A stretch of DNA of 62,382 nt from an uncultured Candidatus Saccharibacteria bacterium (GCA_964517275.1 CAZFBL010000002.1:1-62382); one strand, 5' to 3'; counted from the first letter of the stretch, positions 46,788 through 56,021 are shown. Translations and numbers: made by a program. Notes: generated by a model from the letters alone, not told the origin.

Positions 46788-46788
46788 A

Positions 46789-47478
46789 TTATTCGCCAAT
46801 AACAGAATCAATTATTGTTTCCAAAGAAGTCTGGCAGTTGCTGATAATAAAATAATTTTCTATTTGGCCATAAAGATAATTAGTCGAGTCGGTTAAAGGC
46901 TCTAAAACGGTTATTTTGATTTGGCGGTAATTTATCGAAGAAAAATTGTAATCTTGTTTCAGTTCCGGCTCAACTTTTTCCAAAATCCGGCTTATTTCAG
47001 ACCCAGAAGCCTCTCTTTCTAAAATCAAGACAAAAGGGAATCTTTCTTCTTGATTAGCCGGCAACAAGATAAAAGCTATTTCATTTTTAAAAAGAGATTG
47101 AACATCTTCAGAAAAACCCAAATTGGCTTTAGTTAGGTAATTATTAAATCCATCAATGACAGTCTGGCCATAGAAATTACTATCTTTTAAAAACTGAGTA
47201 AAAGGGTTAACCTGTTGATAAAAATCAGTTTGGTTAATAAGACCGAAAACGACCGTTTCTTCAGGGACTAAATCAGTAAAAGGCATTTCTTTTTGGTTGA
47301 AAATAAACCAGCTGATTAAGAAAACAACTATAATTAAAATAGGAATTCCCAAAAACAGCCATTTTCTTGATGGCTGTTTTTGTTCTGATTTTAAACCGTT
47401 CCGCAAATCAACTTTTAGCTCTTCAGCCATTGGTTTGATTGACTTGCCTTTCCTGATTTTAATCGGAATTTTGGGCAT
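46789..47478 (-). CDS. Membrane-anchored hypothetical protein (DUF3352-like)
   Basis: Basic N-terminus, one TM, soluble domain ending YGQIENYFIISN...IID. Confidence 0.7.
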   Translation of the reverse strand: MPKIPIKIRKGKSIKPMAEELKVDLRNGLKSEQKQPSRKWLFLGIPILIIVVFLISWFIFNQKEMPFTDLVPEETVVFGLINQTDFYQQVNPFTQFLKDSNFYGQTVIDGFNNYLTKANLGFSEDVQSLFKNEIAFILLPANQEERFPFVLILEREASGSEISRILEKVEPELKQDYNFSSINYRQIKITVLEPLTDSTNYLYGQIENYFIISNCQTSLETIIDSVIGE

Positions 47479-47492
47479 CAAAATTATTAAAT

Positions 47493-49280
47493 TTATTCAA
47501 AAGAAATACTTCCTAAAATGCCGTCGCAAACATTACCTAAATATTCATCGATTCCTTGACATTCAAACATGTAAATTTTACTGTTGGCCTCCACATAAAA
47601 AGCCATGTTAGAAGGCGATTGGATGGACTGAGATTGATATATCTTTATAGCGTCGTGACCGCTAATCTCATAATTTATATCATTAGGAGGATTGTACCAA
47701 GATTCTTTCGCATATTTATCATACCATTCTGTAAACGATAAACCTTCTTGGTTCAACCAGACATCCGCACTAAAACCACCTACCCAGTATCCTTTAGTTG
47801 TGTCTCTAAAAAAGACTCCATATCTTATAACATAAGGCTCGCTATCAGGATTATCAAGGATATTATCCAATGTCCATTCCGAAGGATATTTAAAAGAAAT
47901 TCCATACTCTTCACTCTGATAAGTCTGCCAGTTTGAGGTATCTATTTCGGTCTCGCCTTCCGGCTCACTTTCGGCGGACAACAAAGCCTCGATAGCCGCA
48001 TACATACTTTCCCGGGAAGTAGTCAGAACCAATTTGCCGTCGACAATGCCATAATCAATGCTCAAGCCCGGGTCGGGGAAATTAAGATAACGAATGGCAA
48101 TATCTTGATAGATGTTATCCTGAAATTCTTCGGTAAAAGCGGCTGGCACTTCCTCTTCCAGGAAAAGAGCCCTCAAATCATCAACCAAAGTCGCCTCCCA
48201 ATTCTTCAAATCCTCGACTAAAGTCTCGCTCTGACCCATCTTGACTACCAGTCCTAAACGATTGCCTTCGGTCTGATTATACAAAAACAAAGTATAATTA
48301 TCGCCCCCTATTTGACTGTCGGCTATGGCGGTCTGGATACCCTCGGGTAAACTAGTTCCCAAAGCGGTTAACAAAGTAGTCAAATCAGAGTATCGCTCTT
48401 CTGTCTGGTTATTAACTAATTTAACCAAAATTCGTTTAAAGGTACTGGTTGCCTGGGTCTGACTAGCGATTGTTTTTAATTCTTCAACCAGTAAATTTTC
48501 CTGGCCAGCCGTCAATTCAATAACCTTGGTCTCGGCAACCGGGATTAAAGTGGCCGGCTCAGTCGGTTCGACCGGTTGGCAGTCAGCGTCAATCTGGCAT
48601 TGGTCATCCCCTTCTCCTTCTATCTGCCGGCATAAATTGTCCTGACATTCATAATGGAAAACCGGTTCAACTACCCGCAGGTAATTCCACCAGTAAACAA
48701 AACCGCCCAAGCCGCCGACGACAACCAGAATGACCAGTCCGCTCAGGATAAGCTTTTTTGAAATCGGTTTCTTTTTAGCTATTCCCGGTTTTTGAGCGGC
48801 AGCCAACTTCTTTTTAATTTCCTTCCGGCCGCCTTCTTCTTTTTTCTTCTCTTTTTTCTTTGCCACTTCACCTTGAACCGCCTTCTGACGTTCTAGTTCA
48901 GCTTTTCTTCTGGATTCTTCAATTCTCTTACGTGTTTCCTCAATCCTCTTTTTAATTTCTTCCTCTTTCTTCAATCTTTCGGCTGATTTAGGCGGACCGA
49001 CTGGCGGAGTCGGCCGAGGAACCGGCGGTGAAGGCATTTCCGGTTTTTTAGCCGGCTCAAATACGGGCAAACCGACCGGCGGAACCGCTTTCTTAGGCGG
49101 TTCTTTCCTAACTAATCCGGACATTGGCCGATCCGGCTTAGACGGACCCTTCTCTTGCAAAGCGGCCAAGTCTTTCTCCATTGTCCGAATGAATGGCTTT
49201 TTTTCTGAACGTAAAAGCTCAACTAGACCAAGCGGTTTTTCCTGGCCAGCTGGTTTAACTGGCTCTTTAATGTCCTCCAT
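47493..49280 (-). CDS. Large bitopic surface protein (Pro-rich and coiled-coil N-terminus, TM, 4-Cys module, acidic domains, C-terminal PsbP-like domain)
   Basis: Direct reading of the ORF; WQTYQSEEYGISFKYPSEW is typical of PsbP-like domain starts. Confidence 0.75.
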   Translation of the reverse strand: MEDIKEPVKPAGQEKPLGLVELLRSEKKPFIRTMEKDLAALQEKGPSKPDRPMSGLVRKEPPKKAVPPVGLPVFEPAKKPEMPSPPVPRPTPPVGPPKSAERLKKEEEIKKRIEETRKRIEESRRKAELERQKAVQGEVAKKKEKKKEEGGRKEIKKKLAAAQKPGIAKKKPISKKLILSGLVILVVVGGLGGFVYWWNYLRVVEPVFHYECQDNLCRQIEGEGDDQCQIDADCQPVEPTEPATLIPVAETKVIELTAGQENLLVEELKTIASQTQATSTFKRILVKLVNNQTEERYSDLTTLLTALGTSLPEGIQTAIADSQIGGDNYTLFLYNQTEGNRLGLVVKMGQSETLVEDLKNWEATLVDDLRALFLEEEVPAAFTEEFQDNIYQDIAIRYLNFPDPGLSIDYGIVDGKLVLTTSRESMYAAIEALLSAESEPEGETEIDTSNWQTYQSEEYGISFKYPSEWTLDNILDNPDSEPYVIRYGVFFRDTTKGYWVGGFSADVWLNQEGLSFTEWYDKYAKESWYNPPNDINYEISGHDAIKIYQSQSIQSPSNMAFYVEANSKIYMFECQGIDEYLGNVCDGILGSISFE

Positions 49281-49295
49281 GAATAAATTTATTTA

Positions 49296-51401
49296 TTATT
49301 TATCTCTTTCGACTTTATTCATTGATAGACCAATCCGGCCCTGTTCATCAATTTTTTTAACCTTGACCGGAACAATCTGGCCGGTCCTGACAACGTCCTC
49401 AACCCGACGGACCCGATAAGGAGTTAACTCGGAAATATGAAGCAATCCTTCCTGGCCGGGCAGAATTTCAACGAAAGCGCCAAAGTCGGTAATCTTAGTT
49501 ACCCGGCCTTGAAAAATTTCGCCAATCTTGACTTCGTGAGTCAAATTCTCAACCCATTCCAAGGCTTTTTGGCCGGCCGCCTGGTCAGTCGAGGTAATAC
49601 TAACTAATCCATCATCTTCAATATCAATTTTAGCTCCGGTTTTTTCGGTTATCTCATTAATCATCTTGCCGCCCGGCCCGATAACGTCCCTGATTCTATC
49701 AGGATTAATCCTCAAGGTTAAAACCCGGGGAGCCAGAGCGGAAAGATTTTCTCTCGGCTGGTCAATCGTCTTGGCCATCTCTTTGAGAATATGGAGCCGC
49801 CCTTCTCTGGCTTGGGCAAAGACTTTTTTCAAGATTTCTAAACTAATTCCATCTATTTTAACATCCATTTGACAAGCTGTCACTCCCCGCTTGGTGCCGG
49901 CAATCTTGCAATCCATATCGCCATGATGATCTTCCGGGCCTTGAATATCAGTCAAAATCCGGTAATTATCAGCCGACTCCATAATTAAGCCCATAGCTAC
50001 TCCGCTAATGTGGTTTTCTATTGGCACTCCGGCATCCATTAAAGCCAAGCTAGAACCGCTGACCGAAGCCATTGAGGAAGAACCGTTAGAGGAAAGTATT
50101 TCTGAAACCAGACGGATAGTATATGGAAATCCTTCTCTGGCCGGAATTAGTGGCCGGAGGGCTCTTTCAGCCAAAGCGCCGTGTCCAATCTCTCGACGGC
50201 CCGGTCCGCCCAGCCGTCCGGTTTCGCCGGTACAATAAGGCGGAAAATTATAATGATGGAAGAAACTTCTCTTCTCTTCAACTTCCATCCCATCAATAGT
50301 TTGTTCATCGCTGGGCGCCCCCAGGGTAACCGTCGAGAGAGCTTGGGTTTCACCTCGCTCGAACAGGCCGGAACCATGTGTCCGCGGTAAAAGGCCAACC
50401 TGGCTTTCAATCGGGCGAACTTCATCTAATTTGCGACCATCCGGCCTTTTTTCCTGGCCGGCCGGCTTTAAAATATTCTGGTGAACAATTCGGTCAATTT
50501 CCTCTTCAAAGATTCCTTCGATTTGATTGGTCTTTTCCTCGGTTTCCGGAGCTAATTGCTCAATTAGTCCCTTCCTCAGCTCAGATAATTCCTCCAGACG
50601 TTCAAACTTACCCGGCCGATAAAGAATTTCTTCCAAACGTTCAGCTACTTTTTCTTTTACCTTCCCGACTAACTCGGCAGTCGGTTCGGCAGTGACCAAA
50701 ACTGCTTTAGGCGAACCAACCTCTTCAATAATTTTTTTCTGCCACTGGATAATTTCTTTAATATGAGACTGGCTGAACTCAATCGCCGACAGAAAAACCT
50801 CTTCTGGAAGTTGTTTGCCCCCTCCTTCTAACATACTGACTTTATTCTCTTTGCCGGCGACAACTAAGTCGAAATCGCTATTCTCCCGACCCTGATAAGT
50901 CGGATTCAAAAGCCATTCTTCTTTGTCAGAATCAGTCCGACCAACCCGCAGACCGGCCACCGGTCCATTCCAAGGGATATTGGAAATACCCAGAGCCAAG
51001 GAAGCGGCCAGCAAAGCAGGAATATCCGGGTCGTTTTCCTTATCAAAGGAAAGAACTGTCAGAACGACTTGAAGATCGTTTCTAATCTTCTGGTCAAAGT
51101 TAGGCCGGAGGACCCGGTCAATCATCCGACCGGTCAAAACCGCCTCATCAGAAGCCCGACCTTCCCTTTTCATGAAGCGACCGCTTTTAATCTTGCCGGC
51201 CGCGTAAAGCTTTTCCTCGTAATCAACGGTTAAAGGCAAATAATCAACTTGACGGGCCTCCGGGCTCATAACCGCCGTGGCCAAGACAGCCGTCTGACCA
51301 TAAGAAAGTAAAACCGCCCCATTGGCTTGCTGAGCCAAACGGCCAACTTCCACCTTTAATTCCCGGCCAGCCCAATCGGTCTTAAATTGTTTAGGACTCA
51401 T
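49296..51401 (-). CDS. pnp: Polyribonucleotide nucleotidyltransferase
   Basis: FMKREGR, RPDGR, RREIGHG, SNGSSSMAS, GDMDCKIAGT, KH (VIGPGG) and S1 domains; start at MSPKQF. Confidence 0.97.
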   Translation of the reverse strand: MSPKQFKTDWAGRELKVEVGRLAQQANGAVLLSYGQTAVLATAVMSPEARQVDYLPLTVDYEEKLYAAGKIKSGRFMKREGRASDEAVLTGRMIDRVLRPNFDQKIRNDLQVVLTVLSFDKENDPDIPALLAASLALGISNIPWNGPVAGLRVGRTDSDKEEWLLNPTYQGRENSDFDLVVAGKENKVSMLEGGGKQLPEEVFLSAIEFSQSHIKEIIQWQKKIIEEVGSPKAVLVTAEPTAELVGKVKEKVAERLEEILYRPGKFERLEELSELRKGLIEQLAPETEEKTNQIEGIFEEEIDRIVHQNILKPAGQEKRPDGRKLDEVRPIESQVGLLPRTHGSGLFERGETQALSTVTLGAPSDEQTIDGMEVEEKRSFFHHYNFPPYCTGETGRLGGPGRREIGHGALAERALRPLIPAREGFPYTIRLVSEILSSNGSSSMASVSGSSLALMDAGVPIENHISGVAMGLIMESADNYRILTDIQGPEDHHGDMDCKIAGTKRGVTACQMDVKIDGISLEILKKVFAQAREGRLHILKEMAKTIDQPRENLSALAPRVLTLRINPDRIRDVIGPGGKMINEITEKTGAKIDIEDDGLVSITSTDQAAGQKALEWVENLTHEVKIGEIFQGRVTKITDFGAFVEILPGQEGLLHISELTPYRVRRVEDVVRTGQIVPVKVKKIDEQGRIGLSMNKVERDK

Positions 51402-51478
51402 AAGTGCGAGCGTCCTCCGCCGATATTGATATCGACTTTCGTACAGGTTTCTGTCCAAAATCTTTGTAGTAAATATTT

Positions 51479-51572
51479 CCTGAGCTTGCTCGCCTCGCTA
51501 AAGCTTGGCGAAGCGGGTCGAAAGATGAGCATGTCGAAGGATTCGGCCTTCGACTCGCTCCGCTCGCTCAGG
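51479..51572. repeat. Composite REP-like palindrome upstream of pnp
   Basis: CCTGAGCTTG[CTCGCCTCGCTAAAGCTTGGCGAAGCGGG]TCGAA ... CCTTCGAC...GCTCAGG. Confidence 0.7.
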
Positions 51573-51648
51573 CAGTAATTAAACATTCCGGATAAAAACC
51601 TAAACGAAAAAAACGAGACCAAAATCAGCTAAAGAGCGCTTTATTTAA

Positions 51649-52155
51649 TTATTTTTTCAACAAATACTTAGCCCGGTCAGCGCCTAAATCAGTGAAGTCG
51701 TCAACCATTTCCATCAGCTTGGCTGAAGCACTTTTAGAAAAAGCAATCGCTTCTACCTGACGGCCCTGCCCTTTCAAATATTCAACCAAAGGACAGAAGT
51801 CTCCATCTCCGGTGACCAAAACAATAGCGTCCAATTGGGTTGACAGTTTGACCGCGTCAACAGTTAGGCCAACATCCCAGTCGGCTTTTTTCAGACCGCC
51901 ATAAAATATTTGGAGGTCTTTTACTTTTGTTTCAATTCCGGCCTTAATCAAAGCTTCAAAAAACTGTTTTTCCTCGCCACTCTCCGTTTTGATGACATAA
52001 GCAACCGCCCGGACTAATTTTCGGCCAGCCACTGCCGTCTCTAAAATGGCCTTAAAATTAACTCGGGCTCCATAAATATTCTTAGCCGAGTGATACATGT
52101 TCTGAGCATCAATCAGAACAGCTACTCTTTGTTCCTTGTGTTTAATAATAGACAT
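51649..52155 (-). CDS. NYN-domain (LabA/DUF88, PIN-like) protein
   Basis: VAVLIDAQNMY, KADWDVGLTVD, LVTGDGDFCPLV, DDFTDL. Confidence 0.92.
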   Translation of the reverse strand: MSIIKHKEQRVAVLIDAQNMYHSAKNIYGARVNFKAILETAVAGRKLVRAVAYVIKTESGEEKQFFEALIKAGIETKVKDLQIFYGGLKKADWDVGLTVDAVKLSTQLDAIVLVTGDGDFCPLVEYLKGQGRQVEAIAFSKSASAKLMEMVDDFTDLGADRAKYLLKK

Positions 52156-52164
52156 AGTTTATTT

Positions 52165-52346
52165 GTTATTGCGAGGAGCTGCCTTTTTTACTGTCATTGC
52201 GAGTGAAGCGAAGCAACCTCGGGCAAAGACCACGAGATCCCTCGGTCGTCCCGCAGTACTGCGAGGCTCCCCAGAACGACTATTTTTTGCCAAATCATAT
52301 CCTTCGACCCGTTTAGCCAAGCTTCAGCGAGGCGAGCAGGTTCGGG
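52165..52346. repeat. Cluster of REP/RPE-like palindromes between rpsO and the NYN gene
   Basis: GTTATTGCGAGGAGC; GTCATTGCGAGTGAAGCGAAGCAACC...AGAACGAC (52193-52280); 52301-52346 is an inverted copy of 51479-51524 (39/46). Confidence 0.7.
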
Positions 52347-52365
52347 ATGTAATTCGGACAAATGG

Positions 52366-52632
52366 TCATTTTTTCAAGCCTAATTTTTTAATCAACTTCT
52401 TATAGCGTTTTTCGTCTTCTTTTTTTAGGTAATCCAAAAGGCGGCGCCGTTTGGAAACCATTTTTAAAAGACCCCGCCGCGAGTGATTATCTTTAGGGTG
52501 TTTTTTTAAATGTTTAGCTAACTCTTCTATCTGTTTGGTAAATATGGCAGTTTGGACCTCGGCCGAACCGGTGTCCTTGTCATGAGTCTTGTACTCTTTA
52601 ATTACCTTAGATTTCTTTGTTGGTTTTAACAT
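52366..52632 (-). CDS. rpsO: 30S ribosomal protein S15
   Basis: [37 protein letters not shown]. Confidence 0.98.
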   Translation of the reverse strand: MLKPTKKSKVIKEYKTHDKDTGSAEVQTAIFTKQIEELAKHLKKHPKDNHSRRGLLKMVSKRRRLLDYLKKEDEKRYKKLIKKLGLKK

Positions 52633-52672
52633 ATTATTGTCATTCTAAGTGAAGCGAATAATCTTTAAAATT

Positions 52673-52701
52673 ATTCTAACAAAAAAAATAAAAAAATGCA
52701 A
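52673..52701 (-). promoter_or_regulatory. Promoter of rpsO-NYN-pnp
   Basis: TTGCAT-N17-TAGAAT. Confidence 0.6.
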
Positions 52702-52727
52702 CTGGGGAAAACATAAATCACAAAAAA

Positions 52728-52755
52728 ACCGCCCAGTTAATTTTAACCGGGCGGT
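52728..52755 (-). terminator. Terminator after the subtilase gene
   Basis: ACCGCCC...GGGCGGT stem with U tail on the minus strand; homologous to 55767-55798. Confidence 0.7.
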
Positions 52756-52802
52756 CCTGGCTTACGCCAGATTGCCTCTTTTTTTGCGACTATCTGAGTC
52801 AG

Positions 52803-54980
52803 CTACCTGTCAGATGCCGTGTTAATAAAGCATCCTCCTCCGTCTCCGCCTCCGCCTCTGCTTTTAACTGAAGAAGACAAAGTGGTTAATCTCTTGTCAT
52901 TGCCATAGCTTGTTCCTTTGTCATTTCTGGCGACCATTCGGAAATGATAGGTCGTCCCCGGATTCAATCCGGCAAGCTCAGCGCTGACTGGCACTACGCT
53001 CGTTCCTGAACCAGTCTCTGTTTCAGCTGTACTCGAGCCGTAACCGGTAGTTAGACCATACTCAAAGTAGTAAGCAGCTTCCACTTTGCCGTTATTAGGG
53101 TTAACTGTACCATTAAGAGTGGCCGAGTTGGCAGTCACTAAAGTAGCGCTGCCGGTAGTCGCAATAGGTGAATTTATTAGAGAGAGAACAGCTTTATAAG
53201 CATTAGCTCTTCCGTTAGTAGCCACCTTGCCGATTAAGGACGGAACAACATCTACATTGTCCTCTATGATTTCCTTTATCTCCAGATTGCTTAAGCCGGA
53301 ATCAAATGCTTGAATTAACAAGCAAAGACCGAGCAGATGTGGAACAGCCATCGAAGTACCGTCCATAAAGGCGTATTCATCGCCATCAAAAATATCCGAG
53401 TGGACGGTAAATTTCAGATCGTCAAAATAAAAGCCGTCTTCAGTAACGGAGGAATCTGTGGACAGGCGGAATCTGAAATAGATAGTAGATTCGCCGTCAA
53501 AATCTGCAAGGTCGATAATCAGAGGAATCCACATTCCAGCGGACGAACCGGAGAAATATCCACTATACCAATTCAGCAAATCATCAGAGGCCTCAACGTA
53601 CAACCTGTCGCGATTACGCTCGCAGGCTCCATTAATTTTAAATCCAACTATCACGCCACTATACGAAGAGAAGTCCAGAGGACCAATTCTGGCCCAGGAA
53701 TCAGTATCGTTCTGATAATTCCCAAACGGACTGTCGGTCAGTGAATGGGGACTGCTCCAAAATTTACTAGAGGTAATTCCCCAAGTATTGTTAATCCCGC
53801 CGGTTGTCCAGCCGGACATATTCCCGTCATCAAAATCATCATCCCAGATGACCGGCCTTGATGGGACAGTACTGTAAACATTCACTCCCGGTCCGGCCAA
53901 ATCCACGCTGGCTGCTCCGTAATTTGAGAATCCGGCCAGCTCATCATTTTGGCCGGTGGCGGCTACAGCTATGATATTTGGACAATCATAACTGGCCGGA
54001 TAGTGGGGACTATCGTCATTGTCGTTAGCAGAATTTCCAGCCGAGCAAACAACTACCGCCGAAGAAGCCTCAATCGCCTCTTTAAAGAACTGGCTAAAAC
54101 CATCGCCGCCAAAACTCATATTTATGGCTGTCAGCCGAACCTGAAGCGCATTAGCGTATTCAACCGCCTCAATAATATCCGAAATCCATCCGCTGCTACT
54201 GGCATCCAAGACTCTAATCGGAACTATCCTGGCTTTCCAGCAAACTCCGCTTAACCCGTAAGCGTTGTTTCCTTCCGCGGCCGCTGTGCCGGCTACATGA
54301 GTACCGTGTCCCGCGTAATCCATAGAGTCGTTATCATTATCGACAAAATCCCATCCATGAACGTCATCAACATATCCATTACCGTCATCGTCAAGCCCGT
54401 TGCCGGGTATCTCATCTGGATTGGTCCAGATATTATTTGATAAATCAGGGTGGTTGCAATCAATCCCGCTATCCAGGACGGCGCTGATGACTGCCTGACT
54501 GCCGGTACATTGAGAACATACGCCCCAAGCCTCGGGAAGGTCCATATCAGCATCAGCCGCGCCGGTCGTCCCGTTCACTTCCTGACCGCTATTGTGCAGT
54601 CCCCACAACTTGGAAAAATCGGGATCATTAGGAACGACATCGGCGGAATAACGATAATTCGGCTCGGCATGCACTACATTGGGACTTTTGTCATAAACCG
54701 CCAAGGCCTCCTCCACGCTTAACCCGGGAGGAAGCTTGACCAATTGGACTCCGCTTTTAAGGGTTTTGGTGGCTCTAAAGTCATATTCTTCCTGAAAATA
54801 CATGGCCGCCGCTGCCCGAACTGGAGCCCGGTACTTTACTAACACCTGACCGGCTTTGTAATCCGGACTAACAATCTGATTGTCAACATGGCCATCGGCC
54901 ATACCCGCAAAGGCAGGCGTTCCTATGAAGATAAGGACTACAGCCAGAAACCAACCAATAAGAATCTTCGTCTTTTTCAT
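52803..54980 (-). CDS. Secreted S8 (subtilisin-like) serine protease with prodomain, inserted beta-sandwich, FN3-like domain and a truncated CFI-box-CTERM-like tail
   Basis: Signal peptide; triad VLDSGID, GHGTHVAG, GTSMA; oxyanion SAGN; tail GGGGDGGGCFINTA. Confidence 0.92.
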   Translation of the reverse strand: MKKTKILIGWFLAVVLIFIGTPAFAGMADGHVDNQIVSPDYKAGQVLVKYRAPVRAAAAMYFQEEYDFRATKTLKSGVQLVKLPPGLSVEEALAVYDKSPNVVHAEPNYRYSADVVPNDPDFSKLWGLHNSGQEVNGTTGAADADMDLPEAWGVCSQCTGSQAVISAVLDSGIDCNHPDLSNNIWTNPDEIPGNGLDDDGNGYVDDVHGWDFVDNDNDSMDYAGHGTHVAGTAAAEGNNAYGLSGVCWKARIVPIRVLDASSSGWISDIIEAVEYANALQVRLTAINMSFGGDGFSQFFKEAIEASSAVVVCSAGNSANDNDDSPHYPASYDCPNIIAVAATGQNDELAGFSNYGAASVDLAGPGVNVYSTVPSRPVIWDDDFDDGNMSGWTTGGINNTWGITSSKFWSSPHSLTDSPFGNYQNDTDSWARIGPLDFSSYSGVIVGFKINGACERNRDRLYVEASDDLLNWYSGYFSGSSAGMWIPLIIDLADFDGESTIYFRFRLSTDSSVTEDGFYFDDLKFTVHSDIFDGDEYAFMDGTSMAVPHLLGLCLLIQAFDSGLSNLEIKEIIEDNVDVVPSLIGKVATNGRANAYKAVLSLINSPIATTGSATLVTANSATLNGTVNPNNGKVEAAYYFEYGLTTGYGSSTAETETGSGTSVVPVSAELAGLNPGTTYHFRMVARNDKGTSYGNDKRLTTLSSSVKSRGGGGDGGGCFINTASDR

Positions 54981-54996
54981 TTCTTCCTCCTTTTTT

Positions 54997-55347
54997 CTAG
55001 TTGATGTTAACCATATAGTTCGGTTCTGCCTGGAGTACTTCCGGACATTCCCGTAACTGTTTTGCCATCTCTTCCACCGAATCTCCAGCCAGAATTTCCA
55101 TTAAATAAAGGTTTTTGGGTTGAGAAATCACCTTTACAGTCTTCAGCTCTAATTTTTCCTGGATATTGCTTATAGCTTGTTCGCTGGTTTTATCATGAAA
55201 TTTTACCAGAACCTGTTTAGCTGCATAATTCTCTCTTTCTCCGGTTGGTTGAACTCCTGTTTGTTGATCATGACAGCCAAACAGAGACACCGTAAAAGCC
55301 AGGAGAAAAAGAAATAGTAAAATAATTTTTTTGCGGTCTAATTTCAT
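54997..55347 (-). CDS. Lipoprotein consisting of a stand-alone subtilase prodomain (I9-like)
   Basis: Lipobox LFGC; YAAKQVLVKF...SVEE...AEPNY matches the downstream protease prodomain YKAGQVLVKY...SVEE...AEPNY. Confidence 0.8.
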   Translation of the reverse strand: MKLDRKKIILLFLFLLAFTVSLFGCHDQQTGVQPTGERENYAAKQVLVKFHDKTSEQAISNIQEKLELKTVKVISQPKNLYLMEILAGDSVEEMAKQLRECPEVLQAEPNYMVNIN

Positions 55348-55593
55348 AATTTTCGTCCTTTCTTGCCTATATTTATTTTGAGTCTAATCTCATAAACCAA
55401 CCTTTCCTAAAAAGATAGATTCTTAAGACCAAAGCATGAATCGTCTTTTTTGTCTTTATCTATAACTGATTTTCTATCTGACTAATTTGAGTATCTTTAT
55501 TTAATTTTCAAACAACTAAAAAACAAACTAACCCTATCAGGCTATTTTGTCAAGCCCGAACCTTGTTTAAATCAAAACACCGAGTCATTTTTT

Positions 55594-55664
55594 GCGCGTC
55601 CGCTATGACCCGAACCTGGATTAACTGATTAAGAGCCAGTTACCCTAAGCCAAGCTTCAGACTT
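55594..55664 (-). pseudogene. Degenerate tRNA-Lys(CUU) copy
   Basis: Anticodon arm AACTGG-CTCTTAA-TCAGTT intact; CCAGGTTCG shared with the tRNA-Lys at 56090; T and D stems broken. Confidence 0.55.
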
Positions 55665-55766
55665 TATGCAGAACACAAATGTTTAATCTTTGTAGACCAT
55701 CCTAAGTCAATCGCAACAGAAAAATAAAGAGAGTAACCAGGAAAAACGAAAATCACAGAAAAAACA

Positions 55767-55798
55767 GGGCTGTCCAGCTAATTTTAACCGGACAGCCC
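55767..55798 (-). terminator. Terminator after the 72-aa membrane protein gene
   Basis: GGGCTGTCC/GGACAGCCC stem. Confidence 0.7.
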
Positions 55799-55802
55799 CA
55801 GC

Positions 55803-56021
55803 TTACATTTTTTGAAGAAGCGATAACAAAAGGATAGTCTCTGAGATAAAACCAACTAAACCTGCTACGGAGAAAGCAAGGCCGCCAAGGCAAAAAGTAA
55901 CCACGGCCTCGGCATCACTAAACGACTTACATTTAACAGCCTTATACAATAAGTAAATTCCAAGAGCAAAGCCAGCCAGACAAATAAGCATGAGTACAAT
56001 GACGCAGGCTATCGCTATCAT
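55803..56021 (-). CDS. Small two-TM membrane protein
   Basis: 72 aa, two hydrophobic helices, SD AAGGGGG, own terminator. Confidence 0.6.
   Translation of the reverse strand: MIAIACVIVLMLICLAGFALGIYLLYKAVKCKSFSDAEAVVTFCLGGLAFSVAGLVGFISETILLLSLLQKM

Noticed and set aside
50450-50470. KPAGQEK peptide shared by PNPase and the next gene's N-terminus
   Set aside because: The codons differ and the match is short; probably coincidence.
51387-51622. Short ORFs on both strands upstream of pnp
   Set aside because: They are translations of the REP-like palindrome (SFSEAS, AFDSLRSLRQ), which lacks stop codons.
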